Notes under the pieces: model-generated
Told to the model about the DNA's origin: nothing
The model's input: the letters and a program-made list of their open reading frames with translations, nothing else
Database searches by the model: none
DNA from: Rhizophagus irregularis
Taxonomy: Eukaryota
DNA: 64,000 nucleotides
Direction of reading: 5' to 3'
NCBI RefSeq assembly: GCF_026210795.1
Contig: NC_089434.1
Span: forward strand, 2,728,001 to 2,792,000
In this document: positions 50,307-63,781 of the stretch, in pieces
Layout of the letters: the number at the start of each line of letters is the position of its first letter
How positions within the stretch are numbered: position 1 is the stretch's first letter
Made by a program: the position numbers and the translations under genes

Positions 50307-52881
50307 TATGATTAAAAAAATTGAGAATGAATTACTAGCATAGAAGGCAGGTAATGTAATGAATATTGGGATGACTGAAAGAAGTAGTTATATACAGTAT
50401 ATTATTTTTTGTATAAAAATATTCTTATATTGTACGTTGCAAAGTGAGTTAAAAATTATTTGTATTTTTAATTATTAGACTCTTTATTTAACATTATTTA
50501 ACAGTATTTATAATAATTTCTGTGCTTTGTAAGAATATTTTTATCTATTTTATTTTTTTTATTTTTTATTTATAAATAAATAGTATATAATTGCATCATT
50601 GTGGAAAATGTGTCATACACAACATATTTTCGAACTTTCATTTGAGAAATTTGTTCAGATATTAGAATTGGTAAACTTCTGGCCCGATAATGAATCAACA
50701 ATCAAAATTATTAATAAATTAACGATATTTCCGTGCGTTCCTATATAATATAATAAAATATGGAAAGAGAGAATTAATTTACTGCAAATTAACCAATAAT
50801 GAAAATATGTATTTTCCAAAGGATTTTTTATAGAAAAAGGCGAAAATTTAATAAATTAAGTTGAAAAATATAAAAGTTCCGAATCGCGGTTTTTTAACCA
50901 TAAAAAATTTTTTTCTTTTTTACGGAATTTTTTTTGCGGAATTTTTTTTTTGCTTAATAATGACGATCAATTACTAGTACCCCTAAAGCAAATTTGTTTC
51001 TAGGGTACGTCTGAAAATCATCTGAAATAGAATTTTTTTTCCCTTTTTCGGGCCTGAGGATCGTCATCTTTAAAAAAAATGAAAAATTCAACGTGAATGA
51101 ACCATTTACAATATGTGAAGTATATATTATAAGATGATAAATTTCTTTTTTTTTTACGCGCCAAATCTCTAAAAAAATTTCTATCAAGTATTTATAATTT
51201 TAAATATAAAGATAAATATTGTATGCATATATATGTCGGTGGTCGCGTGATGAATATTTGTGCACTTTCTCAAATGTAAATCATTTTACAAAAATATTAT
51301 TTACAATGAAATATCTTATCAATTACACTAACTTTGTTATATAACAAATTATTTTGTTTATTTAAAGAGGAATGTGTTCTAATTACTCCTTTTTTAGCGA
51401 TTTGTATGGGCAAATCCTATACTTATTTACATTTTCTCTTTATTTCAGATTGATTGATATCATGAAAAATAAGATAAGGTGCATGGTAGTTACTATAAAA
51501 CAATATTCTTTTTGGACGTATTATGAAAAATTAAACATGTAAATGGTCACAAGGGGTACATTAAAAGGAATTGGCTGTTCAGTTAGATAAGATAAAAGAA
51601 AAAGATCACAAAACTACATTGGGCGCATACGAAAATGCAAATATAAATAATCGTAGCAGCTGACTTTTTTTTTAATCCCTTTTTTTTATAGTGAATTTTT
51701 AATTTTGATAAATATTTTTAATTTAGAATCTCAATAGAATCTTAGAAATCATCTTAGATTTTCCAATTTATATTCTTTTAATTCCATATTCTCTTATCTA
51801 AGCTATTCAAGCAATCACAGCAAATTCCATGAAAAGACTTGTTCAATAGAAAATAATTATCATTGTCTATTCATGGCTATAATGAAATAAACAGATTGTG
51901 TAAAATAAGCTGACAAATTGGAAAAAAAAATTGGAAAAAACCAAATTATTTAAAAATCGGAGTTATTTATAGTATTAGTATTTGAAAATACGATATATTT
52001 ATTTCACATCAAATTAATAGTGCTTTCTTTGAACTCGATTGTTTTAAAGTGAGCTGAATAATAAATATAAATTCATCTTATATCACCAGTATTAAAAAAT
52101 TGGCCCAACAGTAATATTGTATTAAATAGAATAGATGCTTTCAATTAACACATATCACACGTATTTGTAATTAATATAATTAAATATATATGTTTTACGT
52201 TACCAAACATGAAATTTTTATTATCACAATAAATTCGTTCCTTAAAATATTTGTCTATAACCCCCAACATATAACAGGTAATTTATCGGTTATTCTCCAG
52301 TTATCTTTTGATAAAACCAAATAATTCGGTATTTACCGAGATTTATTATTATTTATGTTACTACGAAAAAAACTAGAAAAACAACATATAAATATGATCT
52401 ATTTAAAACTTTTCATCTCGTGATGTTTATGATCATAAAATTATTATAAAAAACCGGCATTATAAAAATATATAAAAACCAAAAAAACTTAATTATTATT
52501 ATATACGAATATTTATTATATATCAAATTCTTATTTTATTTTATTTTACTTTACTTATTTTTATTATTATTTTTTTTTTGCTTTTTATTTTTGCTTTTTA
52601 TTTTTGTTTATAAATAAATGTAAGTTATCAGTCGATAGCGTTTAAAATCAAATAAAGAATAAAAGCAATTTTCATATGAATTTGTTCATAATCGGAAGAA
52701 AAAAAAAATTTAGCCGTCTAAAAGTGCGTATTGAAATATCTGCGAATATCATCTGCAACTCAACTGATAATGAAGTTATATTGTTGTTAAAGTTTTTATC
52801 AATCAATATGAAAAAAATAATTATAAAAAAACCCTTAAAATTTATCAAAAAAAATATTTTTTTTTTACTTTCTTCACAAAA

Positions 52882-53814
52882 ATGTCTGATAATTATTATT
52901 ACGGGTACAACTACGGACAATCAGTTATTGGACGAATGGCGGCGTGTAGTTGCCAAAGGATTTGTTACGAATGTAATAATATCTCTCCACCATTTCATTT
53001 CTTTAATACACTATTAGCACAATACTATGCGAATATATCTCTCATTCGACCTGAGTTTGAACTTGACGTGGATGATATGATTAACAGTGTTGAATCACCA
53101 CAGAATAATAATACAAGAAACAGACGTAGAAAACCCTTTACAATTTTCTGTCTGCCACATGGGGATTTAAGTCCAAAAATTCCTCGAAAGTAAGTAATAT
53201 AATATTTATTTTTTTACGGCGCAATTGCTGTTGAGCGTACTTACAAAAATGTCACAAAAAAATCACGTGATCGGTTTTGTCACATGCGTCACACCCTTCC
53301 TTGTTTCCATTTTTCATAAATATCTGGTGTGTCACACATTATTTGTCACAGTTAATTTCTTAATTTCTTAATGCCGGCCGTTTCGTGACATTTTTGTAGG
53401 GTACGCTGGAGTAGTCTCATACTACTAAATAGGATGATCACTTACTGTATTAATAATATGTTGATCTATATTTTTTATAATAGAATTGAAAAATTGAGGG
53501 AGAAAGATTTAATCCAGTATACTTTTTTTGATTCAAATAATGGAGTCATAAATGAAGTTGAAAGGTTATTTCCATTTTTAAAGAATAGAAAATGGAGATT
53601 TTTTCGAACTAGAACAACATCGAATCTCGAAATTGCTAGTCAACCATCTAGTGGGTGGTCTATAAAAGAACTAATGAGGTGAATAAATATATTTATTTAA
53701 TTAATAATAAATTAAATCTAAATCTATTTGATTATTATTAGAATCTGTGGATTCCGAAAAAAATTATATATTGGGACTACAGATGGTCAAATCCAACAAT
53801 TTCTTCCATTGTAA
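52882..53814 (+). CDS. Family gene B1, join(52882..53189,53484..53678,53742..53814), 191 aa
   Basis: Phase-2 introns after KIPR and ELMR. The spliced frame ends ICGFRKKLYIGTTDGQIQQFLPL*. N-terminal CSCQRICYEC motif. Confidence 0.88.
53234..53407. mobile_element. MITE within intron 1 of gene B1
   Basis: TIRs agcgtacttacaaaaatgtcac and gtgacatttttgtagggtacgct, with internal gtcaca repeats. Absent from the B2 intron. Confidence 0.75.
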
Positions 53815-53854
53815 ATTAAAAAATATTTATAAATAGGTACTCTATTATTTGTTT

Positions 53855-53963
53855 TCTATACATTATTACCATTATTATCATTATTCTTATACATTATTAT
53901 CATTATTCTATACATTATTATCATTATTCTTTATATTATTGTCATTATTCTATACATTATTGT
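53855..53963. repeat. ~21-bp tandem repeat (tctatacattattatcattat) x~5
   Basis: Read directly, downstream of the B1 stop. Confidence 0.75.
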
Positions 53964-55368
53964 TTTACATATTAATATCACTTTTTAGGTTAGGATGAGT
54001 TGTTATATGTAAATAAAAAATTTATTATTGGCGATCAAATTTATTTATCCGAAACTTTGTTTCTAATTAAATGCATATGTTGAATAAGATCTGATTTTAG
54101 GCTACAAATTATACAAAAAGAGTTAAGATTTAATTTTTTTTTTTTGGTCGTTATTTGGTGAAGGTTTCCATATATATATAGTACATATAGTACATATATA
54201 GTACAAAAAATTTTTTTTTTATTTCTTGAATTATCAAAGAATTGAAGGCAAGCGAGCGAAATTTTTTGTACTGATTATTATACATATATTATTTCTCGTT
54301 CAATAAAAAAAATTTTTTATCATTCTCATCCGATGCAAATATTGTATTATTTCTCATTCGTCGATGCAAAAATGTGAAAAAAAAAATTAAATTTGGTCGG
54401 ATATATTATATATTAAATGCAATAATGATTTTTTATACTTTATAAATCATAAAAAATCATATTTAAATATTAAATTATATAACAATATCAATCTTTAGGT
54501 AATTAAAGTATTCATTAGTCGTGGGTAATTAACCCTCGTTTAACAAAAACAAATACAAATATAATGACGTCAAAAATTAATTACAAATTTTATTATTAAT
54601 GAGTCATTTTACGCCACAAAATAAAAAAAATTTAACAGAAATTATTGTCTGTCTTTTTTAATAATAATAATATTTGTTGTAACAGAAGAACAGTTCTTCT
54701 ATTTTTGACGGGAAATTACTTTTTCCGATATCCCTATTTAGTTAATCGATTTATCTTGTAACATTGTAACACCAACAGATTTGACAGATAACTACAGGGT
54801 ATTTTCTTAAGAGATTGATAAGATTCAATTGACGTTTAAGCATATAATCTCTCAGGAACATAATAAACAAAACATCTTGTGTCATGTTTTAAAGTTTTTA
54901 AGGTACTATTTCTAATCTTATCGTGAGAAATTTCGTAATGTTCTTCTAACTATTCTTTAAATTACAAACAGGTAATTTTAACAGATAAATTACCCCTTTA
55001 AGCGGTTGCATGATTTAATTGTGAAATGAATTTATCGCAGTTATTAACTTTATGGTTGCACATAACATCTCAAAGTTTGATTATTGACGTACAAAGTCCT
55101 TTACAAAGAATCATACTTTTTTTGGTGAGAATATTTGTTCCAATTTAATTGGGTATTTAAATATTTTGTTGATATTAATATTAACAATGCAAAAATATCT
55201 AAAATGAAAAAATTTCTGTAAAAAAAAAAAAAATCAATAATTATCACAAATTCATCTGTAATTAATGAAATTAAAAAGGAAAACTTCATTAAAAAAGTAT
55301 TTAAATTACTATAAAATACTTTAAAAAAAAGTTTCACCCTAGCTAAAAAAATTCTGAAGATAATAAAT

Positions 55369-55440
55369 ATGAACCAAAAATAATCCTTCAAATACCAACT
55401 TTCAATCTTTTGTCGAACAATTATTTTATGAAGGACAATA
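55369..55440 (+). pseudogene. Truncated 5' remnant of gene C (paralogue of 63200-63781)
   Basis: atgaaccaaaaataatccttcaaataccaactttcaatcttttgtcgaacaattattttatgaagga matches 63200-63265, including the upstream region. Similarity stops next to a MITE. Confidence 0.8.
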
Positions 55441-55452
55441 TATGCTCGAGTT

Positions 55453-55705
55453 GATCTACCCCAGTATCGCCAGAAAATTTTTTCACCCCCACGTGACTTT
55501 GGCCGGCATTATGAGATTTGGCTGGAATTAAGAAATTAACCATGTGTCGAATAACGTGTGACGAATAGGATTTTAGACACCGAAAAAAATCTAAGTCCCC
55601 AGAATACTTATAAAAAATGAGAAAGTGGAGGGATGTGACCCGGGTGACAAATTATTTAGGGTCACGTGGGGGTGAAAAAATTTTCTGGCGATACTGGGGA
55701 AGATC
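55453..55705. mobile_element. MITE with ~45-bp TIRs and a 7-9-bp TSD
   Basis: gatctaccccagtatcgccagaaaattttttcacccccacgtgac and gtcacgtgggggtgaaaaaattttctggcgatactggggaagatc differ by one mismatch. (c)tcgagtt(g) is duplicated at 55445-55453 and 55705-55713. Confidence 0.9.
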
Positions 55706-56783
55706 TCGAGTTGTGCCCATCCACGTGATCATCAGCCAATAAAATCGCAACTCTTATAAATTTTTGCTCTTAAATATATTATAAATATTATAATCTACAG
55801 AAATGAATATATGGAACTTAAATTAAACAGTCTAAAAATTATCTTATCGGCTATTATCAAAAAAAAAAATGAAAAAAAAATTTCAACGATTTTCAAACGG
55901 CAAATATAAAATTAATATGATCGGTACTAATTTTGAACGAATCGTGTATAACTAACGAATATAATAAAATTAGCATTGATATTAAATATTCACAATTCAT
56001 TGTTCTATCCGATCTAATAACCATATTTAAACCCCTGCAATATTTTTTTTGAGTCCCCTGTGATCAGCGCTGAAAATTGTGATTACACGATTTACACGTA
56101 TCATTTATTAGTCCGAAGGGGGGGCTGCATATTTTTAGTTAGAATTCCTCCCGTACCGCAACGATTTTTATCTGCAATCATTCCTCCAGTTACATAGTCG
56201 TAACGACGTAACGGATTAACAGCTTGATTTGTGATACACAAAGAACACGATACCATTAATCACATTTATAGGAGCAAATGTTCAAAAGAATAATTAAATA
56301 AAATGCACATTAAATATAAAGTAACTTACAAAAATCTTTGAATTTTTTGAGATTATTTTATATTTATTTGCATATACTGTACATACATACGTTATTTAAA
56401 TATTGCAAATAAATATATAAAATAACCTTAATAATTTACGTGCGATCAATGCGATCAAACAATTTTTTTTATACTTTAAAATGTCCTCTTTTTGTTTAAA
56501 ATTTAAAACCTATAATAGATTGGTTTTCAAATAAATAAAAAAATTTGGTGATTTCGTTGAAAATTTATAAATTTTTATGTATTGTGAAAAATTACCAAGC
56601 ATTTAAGGAATCATATAGACTATAATAATATATCGGTTTACCCAATTTATAGTTAGTACTTATTATTAAGGTTAGTTAAAAAATTCGAGAAAAAAATATA
56701 TTCAAAGGTTCACGAAAATAAAACTTCAAATTATTTCACGGTTTTCATTTAAAAGACAAAAAATGAAAAAATAAAAAAAAACC

Positions 56784-57703
56784 ATGTCAACTCTTAAAAG
56801 ATGTCATTTTACAAATCTTTACAATAGGTATAAGTGTGTCTTTTTTAAGGTGTGTTCAAAAAAATGCGCCTGACGATGACGGTTTATGCAAAGGATGTTG
56901 GACATCACATGATGTCTTACACAGAGACTAAAAATTTAATGTAGTAATTTGCGGATTAACTATTAAATAGTAAGTACAGTCAATATACGGTCCCTATTAT
57001 ATATTCCTGTCTAACAAAACTTTGAAAAATTGTTTGAACCTCAAGTAATTCTTTATTCGGACGAGACCATGTATCAAAATACTCCGCAACTATTCCCGTT
57101 CGTCACGCAGATTAGCAGAGTATGCAACCTATCATCTTGTTTTTCAACAACATATTGAACCTCAAAAATCAATATCATAACATGCTAAATCAATTTCTGC
57201 ATATATAGTTGAACAAAATTTTGTTTCCCGACCAATTATATATTATCAAGTACTAATTCCAATACTTTCCGGTCAACAAAATTTAGGAGTTCCTTAATCA
57301 TGTAAAGAAAGGGTGTACGATATTAACGTACGAACTGGCCGGAATTAACGTTAACGCTATCGCGTGTGACTCCCAAACTCAGGCCAGTTCGTACGTTAAT
57401 ATCGTACACCCTCACTGTACGTTAAGGACGCCCCATCAAATAACGTCGCATCTTATACAAACGATAAGTTTGAAAAAGTAAGTATATACTGTATGTGATA
57501 AAATAGAAAGATTATATTTAAGTTTATTTAAAAAACTTATTTATTTCTTAAAAAAAAAAAAATTTAGTTGTGCAAGTTTGGAGAAAGCTGGTTTAAAAAG
57601 AAATTTGCTTTCATGATGATTATAATGGCCAGATAAAAAAAGCGATTGAAGAAAATTTATCACCTCATCACCTCGCTTAGAAAATGTAGATTGGATGTTT
57701 TAT
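56784..57703 (+). pseudogene. Family gene A3 pseudogene
   Basis: Starts atgtcaactcttaaaagatgtcattttacaaatc like A2. It carries frameshifts, stops and a hairpin insertion at ~57286-57433, and has lost the end of exon 2 and all of exon 3. Confidence 0.9.
57286..57433. mobile_element. Hairpin MITE inserted in A3
   Basis: Perfect 31-bp inverted repeat agggtgtacgatattaacgtacgaactggcc (57310-57340) / 57382-57412, with outer imperfect arms ggagttccttaa / ttaaggacgccc. Absent from A1 and A2. Confidence 0.85.
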
Positions 57704-60700
57704 TATTTTTATATAAAAAATAATTTAATACGATGTCAAAACGTCAATTGCAAAGTGAGTTAAATTAATTAATAGACTCTTTATTTAACAATATTTATAA
57801 TAATTTTCTGTGCTTTGTAAAGAGTATTATTATTTATTATAATTATTATTTTTTTTTTAAATAAATAAATAATTGCATCATTGTGGAAAACGTGTCATAC
57901 ACATATTTTCGAACTTTCACTTGAGAGATCTCAGAATTGGTAAACCTCTGGCCAATAATACATTCAGTCATATAACAAAAATCTTAGTTAATGGTATTTC
58001 TACATAAAATGGTAAAATATATTGAGATCTGAAGAACATAAAAGTCAAAAGACTGTATTCCAGAATCAATCTTTTAATATGAATTATTAATATTTACAAA
58101 TTATTTATTATTTACAATATAAAAAATTTTCACATTATACAATAAATAACTTTTTGTACTTAACAGAATCAACAATGCATATAATATTTCAAAAACAATT
58201 CGCCATTATATCGACCAATTATTTGGCACGCGCGAAATAGTGGGATATAACGGGATAAATGGTAAAACTAACCATTATTAAGTACGAACCTGTTGTCTAA
58301 GGAACATAGGTTCAGTTCCTGAGATGAGTGAAATAATTGGGAATTTCACGGACATCCGGACATTCGTATCACCTTTGTGTAGAATTATATAGTTACACTT
58401 CGAAGTTCGAACTAATAAGCAATAACAAAAAACTAGGTACCCTCCAAAAAATGATTTTATACAAAGATTTCTAAAAAAAAAAAAAATTTAATTTGAAAAA
58501 ATAAAGTTAGGCTTTTTCAAAATATAGATTACATATTCGTTGTACTACTAAATTGGAAATTTGTTTTTTTTATTGGACATTACATTTTTGACAATCAACT
58601 AAGGGGATTTGATTCTGCAAAACGCCAACGCACTTAACATCTGAAAATAAAAATTTTATGAACATGAATTTCCCCCCCTGTTTGGGTCGGATCGTCGTCT
58701 TTAAAATGTATCACGCGTGAATCCGCCAAATTACAATATACATGAAAATTATTTTATAAAATGATGTATTTGATCGAAATTCTCTTTTTTTTATTAGTAT
58801 AATGATTCTCTTGAGAATTGAATCCAATAATGGAATGGATTTAAAAAATTTCTCAAGTTTTTATAATTTTAAATGTTTTGCATGCACAATTGCACATGAT
58901 GTAACATGAGTATTCGTATACCCAACAAACATGATGTAAATGATGTAAATCAATTCAAAAATGGCTCTTTACAATGAAGAAAAAATAACCGACGATCCGG
59001 TAGTTTTAGTATTTTAAATTGGCACTAATGAAACAATTTGTTTTGTTACTTTTTTGTTATTATTTATTCATTTACAAGGGATGGATACTTTTTTTAGTTA
59101 TCTGTATGATTTATATGATCATAATAAAGAGTTGTACAATTTCATTTATTGAGATTAATTTGGTCATTACATGGGAATGAGTCACTTGATAGCTAGATCA
59201 AAAACAAAAAAACAAAAAGAAAAAAAGCAAAAAGGCACAATGTTTATTCAGGAGTAAAAATAATAATGAAGATAAATAAATATTAATTAATTTTACCACT
59301 TGTATACTAAAAAAAGAATAATAATTTCATAAAATTAAAAATTCATTACAAAAAAAAGTTTCAAAAAAAAAGGTAGAATAATATGATTATCTTTAGAACT
59401 TTGGAAAACTTCTTAGAACTTTTTGATTTTTTTTTTCTAATTTAGATTCTTCTAATTCTAATAATACCTTCTAAATCATACCATTTTTTTTTTATCCAAA
59501 CATATTAAAGCAGTCACCTGAAAATAAACTTTATCAGGTTTTATTATTTGACATTATAGTCAAAGAAGACTTTTCATAAAATTTTTTATTCTAACCGTAA
59601 TAGAAATAAATTAATTTTTTAAATCAGAACTTAAAAGACCCACACCACAATAAAGTCTCAAATATGATATTTTCATTTTATTTCACATCAAATTAAATTA
59701 CATATATGTATATAATCAAACAAAATTAATTAATTCAGAAATTCTTAAACAATATAAAGATTATTAATAATTAGACGAAGTTTTAAAAGAAGTTGAATAA
59801 AGATATAAGTTAATCGTTAACCACAAGAATCACATCATTCGTTTATATCACGAGTATTAATTTAAAAAGGTAAATCGATATAATCACACGAGAATAGTAG
59901 TTATTAAGTAAATTTTAATTACCTAAAAAATGAAATATTCGTCTGCAAAAAGTTCAGCTGATACTTAATAACAAAAAAAAGTGAATTTTTGTGAAAATTC
60001 CAATTCGGAAGAAGCATAACTACTGTACAGAATAGTAAATAAAGCCAATGTAACTTTACTAATTATATGTATGCTATAGCACATCAAAACTGTCGTGTCA
60101 TTGTAACTTGTGTAATATAATTCAATATATATATATTTATTTATTTATTTGTCTTGAAAATTATAATAAGTTCGATCTGAAACCCACTTTCCTGTTACCC
60201 ACTTATCGCGCAGATAATTTAACTGTTATACTGTTTTGGTGATTTTGATGTGAAAATTTAAAGTTACGAGCGTTGTTTACATTACTCAAACTTTTAAGAA
60301 AATTCAATTTGATTAAATATATCGCGTAATATTTATTATTTTATGCTTATAAAATTATAAAAACCAGAACGTAAAAAAATATAAATAGTAAAAAAACTTG
60401 ACACAAAAAAAAATTTTTTTTTTGGCTTTATTACTTTTTCTTTATTATATTTTATCATACAGAAACATTGTGAAAATAAAATTTATTATTATTTTTTTTT
60501 TTTGTTTAGATCATAAGCCGATCGTTTTTTTTTAAAAAAAAAATGGAATTTTCACATGAAAAAATTTTTAGCCATTTAAATTGATTGTTTAAATGTATCA
60601 TGAAACTTTTGCTGAAAATCTACAGATAGTTCAAGCAGATAGCAAACTTTAATGAATATTAAACAAAATCATATTGTAGTTAAGGTTTTTTAGCAATAAA

Positions 60701-60784
60701 TATGAAAAAAAAATTATTTAAAACCCCTTCAAAGTTTTTCTTTTTTTTAAAAAAAAAGTTTTTTTGACATTCTTTAAAAAAAAA

Positions 60785-61650
60785 ATGTCTTACTTTACCG
60801 GAAATTTCGAATATAATCCAGTTACAAGACGTACATGTTATTGCAGGAGAATTTGTTTTGAATGTCAACACGTCTCATTACCATTTTCTTTATTAAATAT
60901 CAATACATTAAATACACTAATATTACAAAATCATCCAATCCTTCAGCCGGTAGTTGAATATGATACGTCACTTGACGTAGATGAAATAGTTAACCGTGTA
61001 GAAATACCGCTCACTACAAGAAACAGACGTACTAAAAGACCTTTTAAAATTTTTTGTCTTCCTTGGGGAAATTTAACTCCAAAAATTCCTAGAAAGTAAG
61101 TATACTAAACCAAAAGTTTTTTTATAAAAAAAAAAATATTAATAATGAAAAAAAGCGAATGAAAACCAAAATTTCAATTTGTGTTTTAATTAAATGTTAC
61201 CTGCATGATTTACATTGCAATGAAAATCATTATACACCTGATGCAGGGGTCGTTTTCGTGGACCCTGTTATATATTTATTGAATTATTAACAATATATAA
61301 TATATATTTTAATATAATAGGACTAAAGAATTGGAAGACAAAAATTTAATAAAATTTACTTTTTTTGACTCAAATAATGGGGTCATAAATGAAGTTCATA
61401 CGCTATTTAAGTTTTTGAATGGTAGACGATGGAAATTTTTTCGACGTACATCAGCATCGGGTCTTGAAATGGTCAACGAACCACTTAGCGGGTGGTCAAT
61501 AAATGAACTAATGAGGTAAATAAATAAGTTTATTTAAATAATAATAATTAAATCTGACTCTATTTAATTATTATTAGGATATGTGGATCGCGAAAGAAGC
61601 TGTATATTGGAACCACTGATGGTCCAATCCAGGAAGTTCTTCCTTTATAG
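60785..61650 (+). CDS. Family gene B2, join(60785..61095,61321..61515,61578..61650), 192 aa
   Basis: Same intron positions and phases as B1, A1 and A2. N-terminal CYCRRICFEC; ends ICGSRKKLYIGTTDGPIQEVLPL*. Confidence 0.88.
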
Positions 61651-63199
61651 TTAATTAAATGTTTACAAAAAAAATACATATATATATATATACATATTAC
61701 ATATTTGTATCATTGTAATATTTTTATTATTTATATCACTTTTTAGGTTAGGGTATAAGTCATGTAAATATGTTGTTGATCAAATTTATCCGAAAATTTA
61801 TTTTTTAATTAGAGATTTTAGAGATGGAATATTCTAGGCTACAAATATAAAAAAGAAGTATATTTGGTCATTATTTGGAGAGAGTTTCCATATTTATTGA
61901 ATATGTATAGTACAAAAAAAAAATTTTTTTTTATTTCTAAAATTAACAAAGAAGTGAAACTTTTTTTTTTTTTGTAACATTGTTAGTCACAATCCCATAA
62001 ATATCGAAATAATATATACAGATTATTATTATTCTCTCGTCCAATAAAATTTTTTCATTTTTCGTTTGATTCAAATATTTCAAATATTATGTTATTTCTC
62101 GTTCAATACATAAAAAAAAAGATTAAATTCGGTTGGAACGCCGGATATATTTTATTATTCAAGAGAAAATATAAAATTCAATAATGATTTTTATAATTTA
62201 TGAATCTTATAAAAATTCTTTAAATATTAATTCACATGAGAATATCTTAAGTAATTTGATATTAATTAGTCGACAAATAACTGACCCTCGTTTTTTTAAA
62301 AAAAAAAAAATACAACAGAATGAGTAAAACTTTCGGATTATAATGACATAAATTAATTACAAATGTATGATGAGTCACTGTACGCCACAAAAAAAAGCAA
62401 TGTAACAGATATTTATTTTAACTGTTCTTTTTTGTTGCTTCTGTAATAATTATTCTATTTTTTGCGGGAAATTATTTTTCCGATGTCCTTATTTTAGTTA
62501 ATCGGCTTATTTGCATTTGTAACACCAACAGATGTTATTTAAACTCTTGACAGATAACTATAGATGGGTATTTCTTATTATCCTAAAGAAGGTTAACTGA
62601 TTCATTGAAGCATATAATCTCCCATGAATATAACAAACAAAACATCTTGTGTCATATATTTAAAGTTTAAGGCATTTTCTAATGCCGTGAGAAACTTCGT
62701 AATGTCGTCATATTCTAACTACTCTTTAAATTATCAACAGATAATTTTAACAGATAAATAACCACTTAAACGGTTGCATGATTTCTCAGCCCACAATTAT
62801 TAATAATTGTGGAAATGAATTTTTTTTTATTCAGTTGCTAATTTTATAAAGACTTATGGTTACACGTAAGTTTGATTTATTGGCGTACAAAGTCAACTTT
62901 TTTTGGTGGGAATATTTTTTTTGTTTCATTTATTTTGTTGATATTTAATATCAACAATGAGATTTTTAATTTATTATCGTTTTTGTTTGCCCCAAAAAAT
63001 TGCCAATCTCCTTTTTAAATGAAATATCTGTAGAAAATAATTAATAATAATCAGTTATCACTCATTCATCTGTTTATCAATGAAATTAATGAAATTAAAA
63101 AGGAAAGTTTAATTACTCACATTGCGTAATAAAAGATAAAAAAAATTACTATAAAATACTTTAAAAAGTTCCATCCTAAAAAATATTCTGAAAATAAAT

Positions 63200-63781
63200 A
63201 TGGACCAAAGTAATCCTTCACATACTAACTCCAATCCTTTGTCTAACGATTACTTTATGAAGGAACAACAAATTTCATATAATACGTTTAATGACTCCTT
63301 TTCAGTAACGGAAAATGATGTATGGGTTCCACCCTATACAACTACCGATTACGAACAATCTATTCCATCAGCTATTCCATCAAACGAACATAATTACCCC
63401 ATGCAATCCTATCCTACCTACGAACCGTATCATAATGTTAATGAACAGAATACTGGTCAAATTCCCCAAAATCTCACTCAAAATGTACATAATTTTCATC
63501 AAATAAACCACTTTAGATTTGAAATTCCCGGATTTGAAATTATCGTTAGACCTAATAACAATTTGGACATGCAAAATCAATTACAGGACTATGATACTAC
63601 TACCTATTGGAATTCATCACTGGTTCAACAGGAGTTTCAACGACATCAACAACAATTTCCACAATTTTATCAACAACAATTCCCACAATTTCAACATCAA
63701 CAATTCTCACAATTTCAAAATTCTCCCGATTTAAATAACTCGAATGAATTAATACCAATTACAAATAATATAAATTTTTAA
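63200..63781 (+). CDS. Gene C: low-complexity Q/N/P/Y-rich hypothetical protein (193 aa)
   Basis: ATG-initiated ORF with one hydrophobic motif (HFRFEIPGFEIIVRP) and 8-aa QQQFPQF(Y/Q) repeats. A truncated paralogue lies at 55369. Confidence 0.7.
   Translation: MDQSNPSHTNSNPLSNDYFMKEQQISYNTFNDSFSVTENDVWVPPYTTTDYEQSIPSAIPSNEHNYPMQSYPTYEPYHNVNEQNTGQIPQNLTQNVHNFHQINHFRFEIPGFEIIVRPNNNLDMQNQLQDYDTTTYWNSSLVQQEFQRHQQQFPQFYQQQFPQFQHQQFSQFQNSPDLNNSNELIPITNNINF

Larger units (their letters stand above)
48370..55440 (+). repeat. Tandem segmental duplication, unit 1 (A2, B1, truncated C)
   Basis: Colinear similarity with 56123-63270, from ggctgcatatt...ctccagttacatagtcgtaacgacgtaac through both genes, their 3' flanks and the start of gene C. 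Confidence 0.85.
56123..63270 (+). repeat. Tandem segmental duplication, unit 2 (A3 pseudogene, B2, C)
   Basis: Colinear with 48370-55440. Confidence 0.85.
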
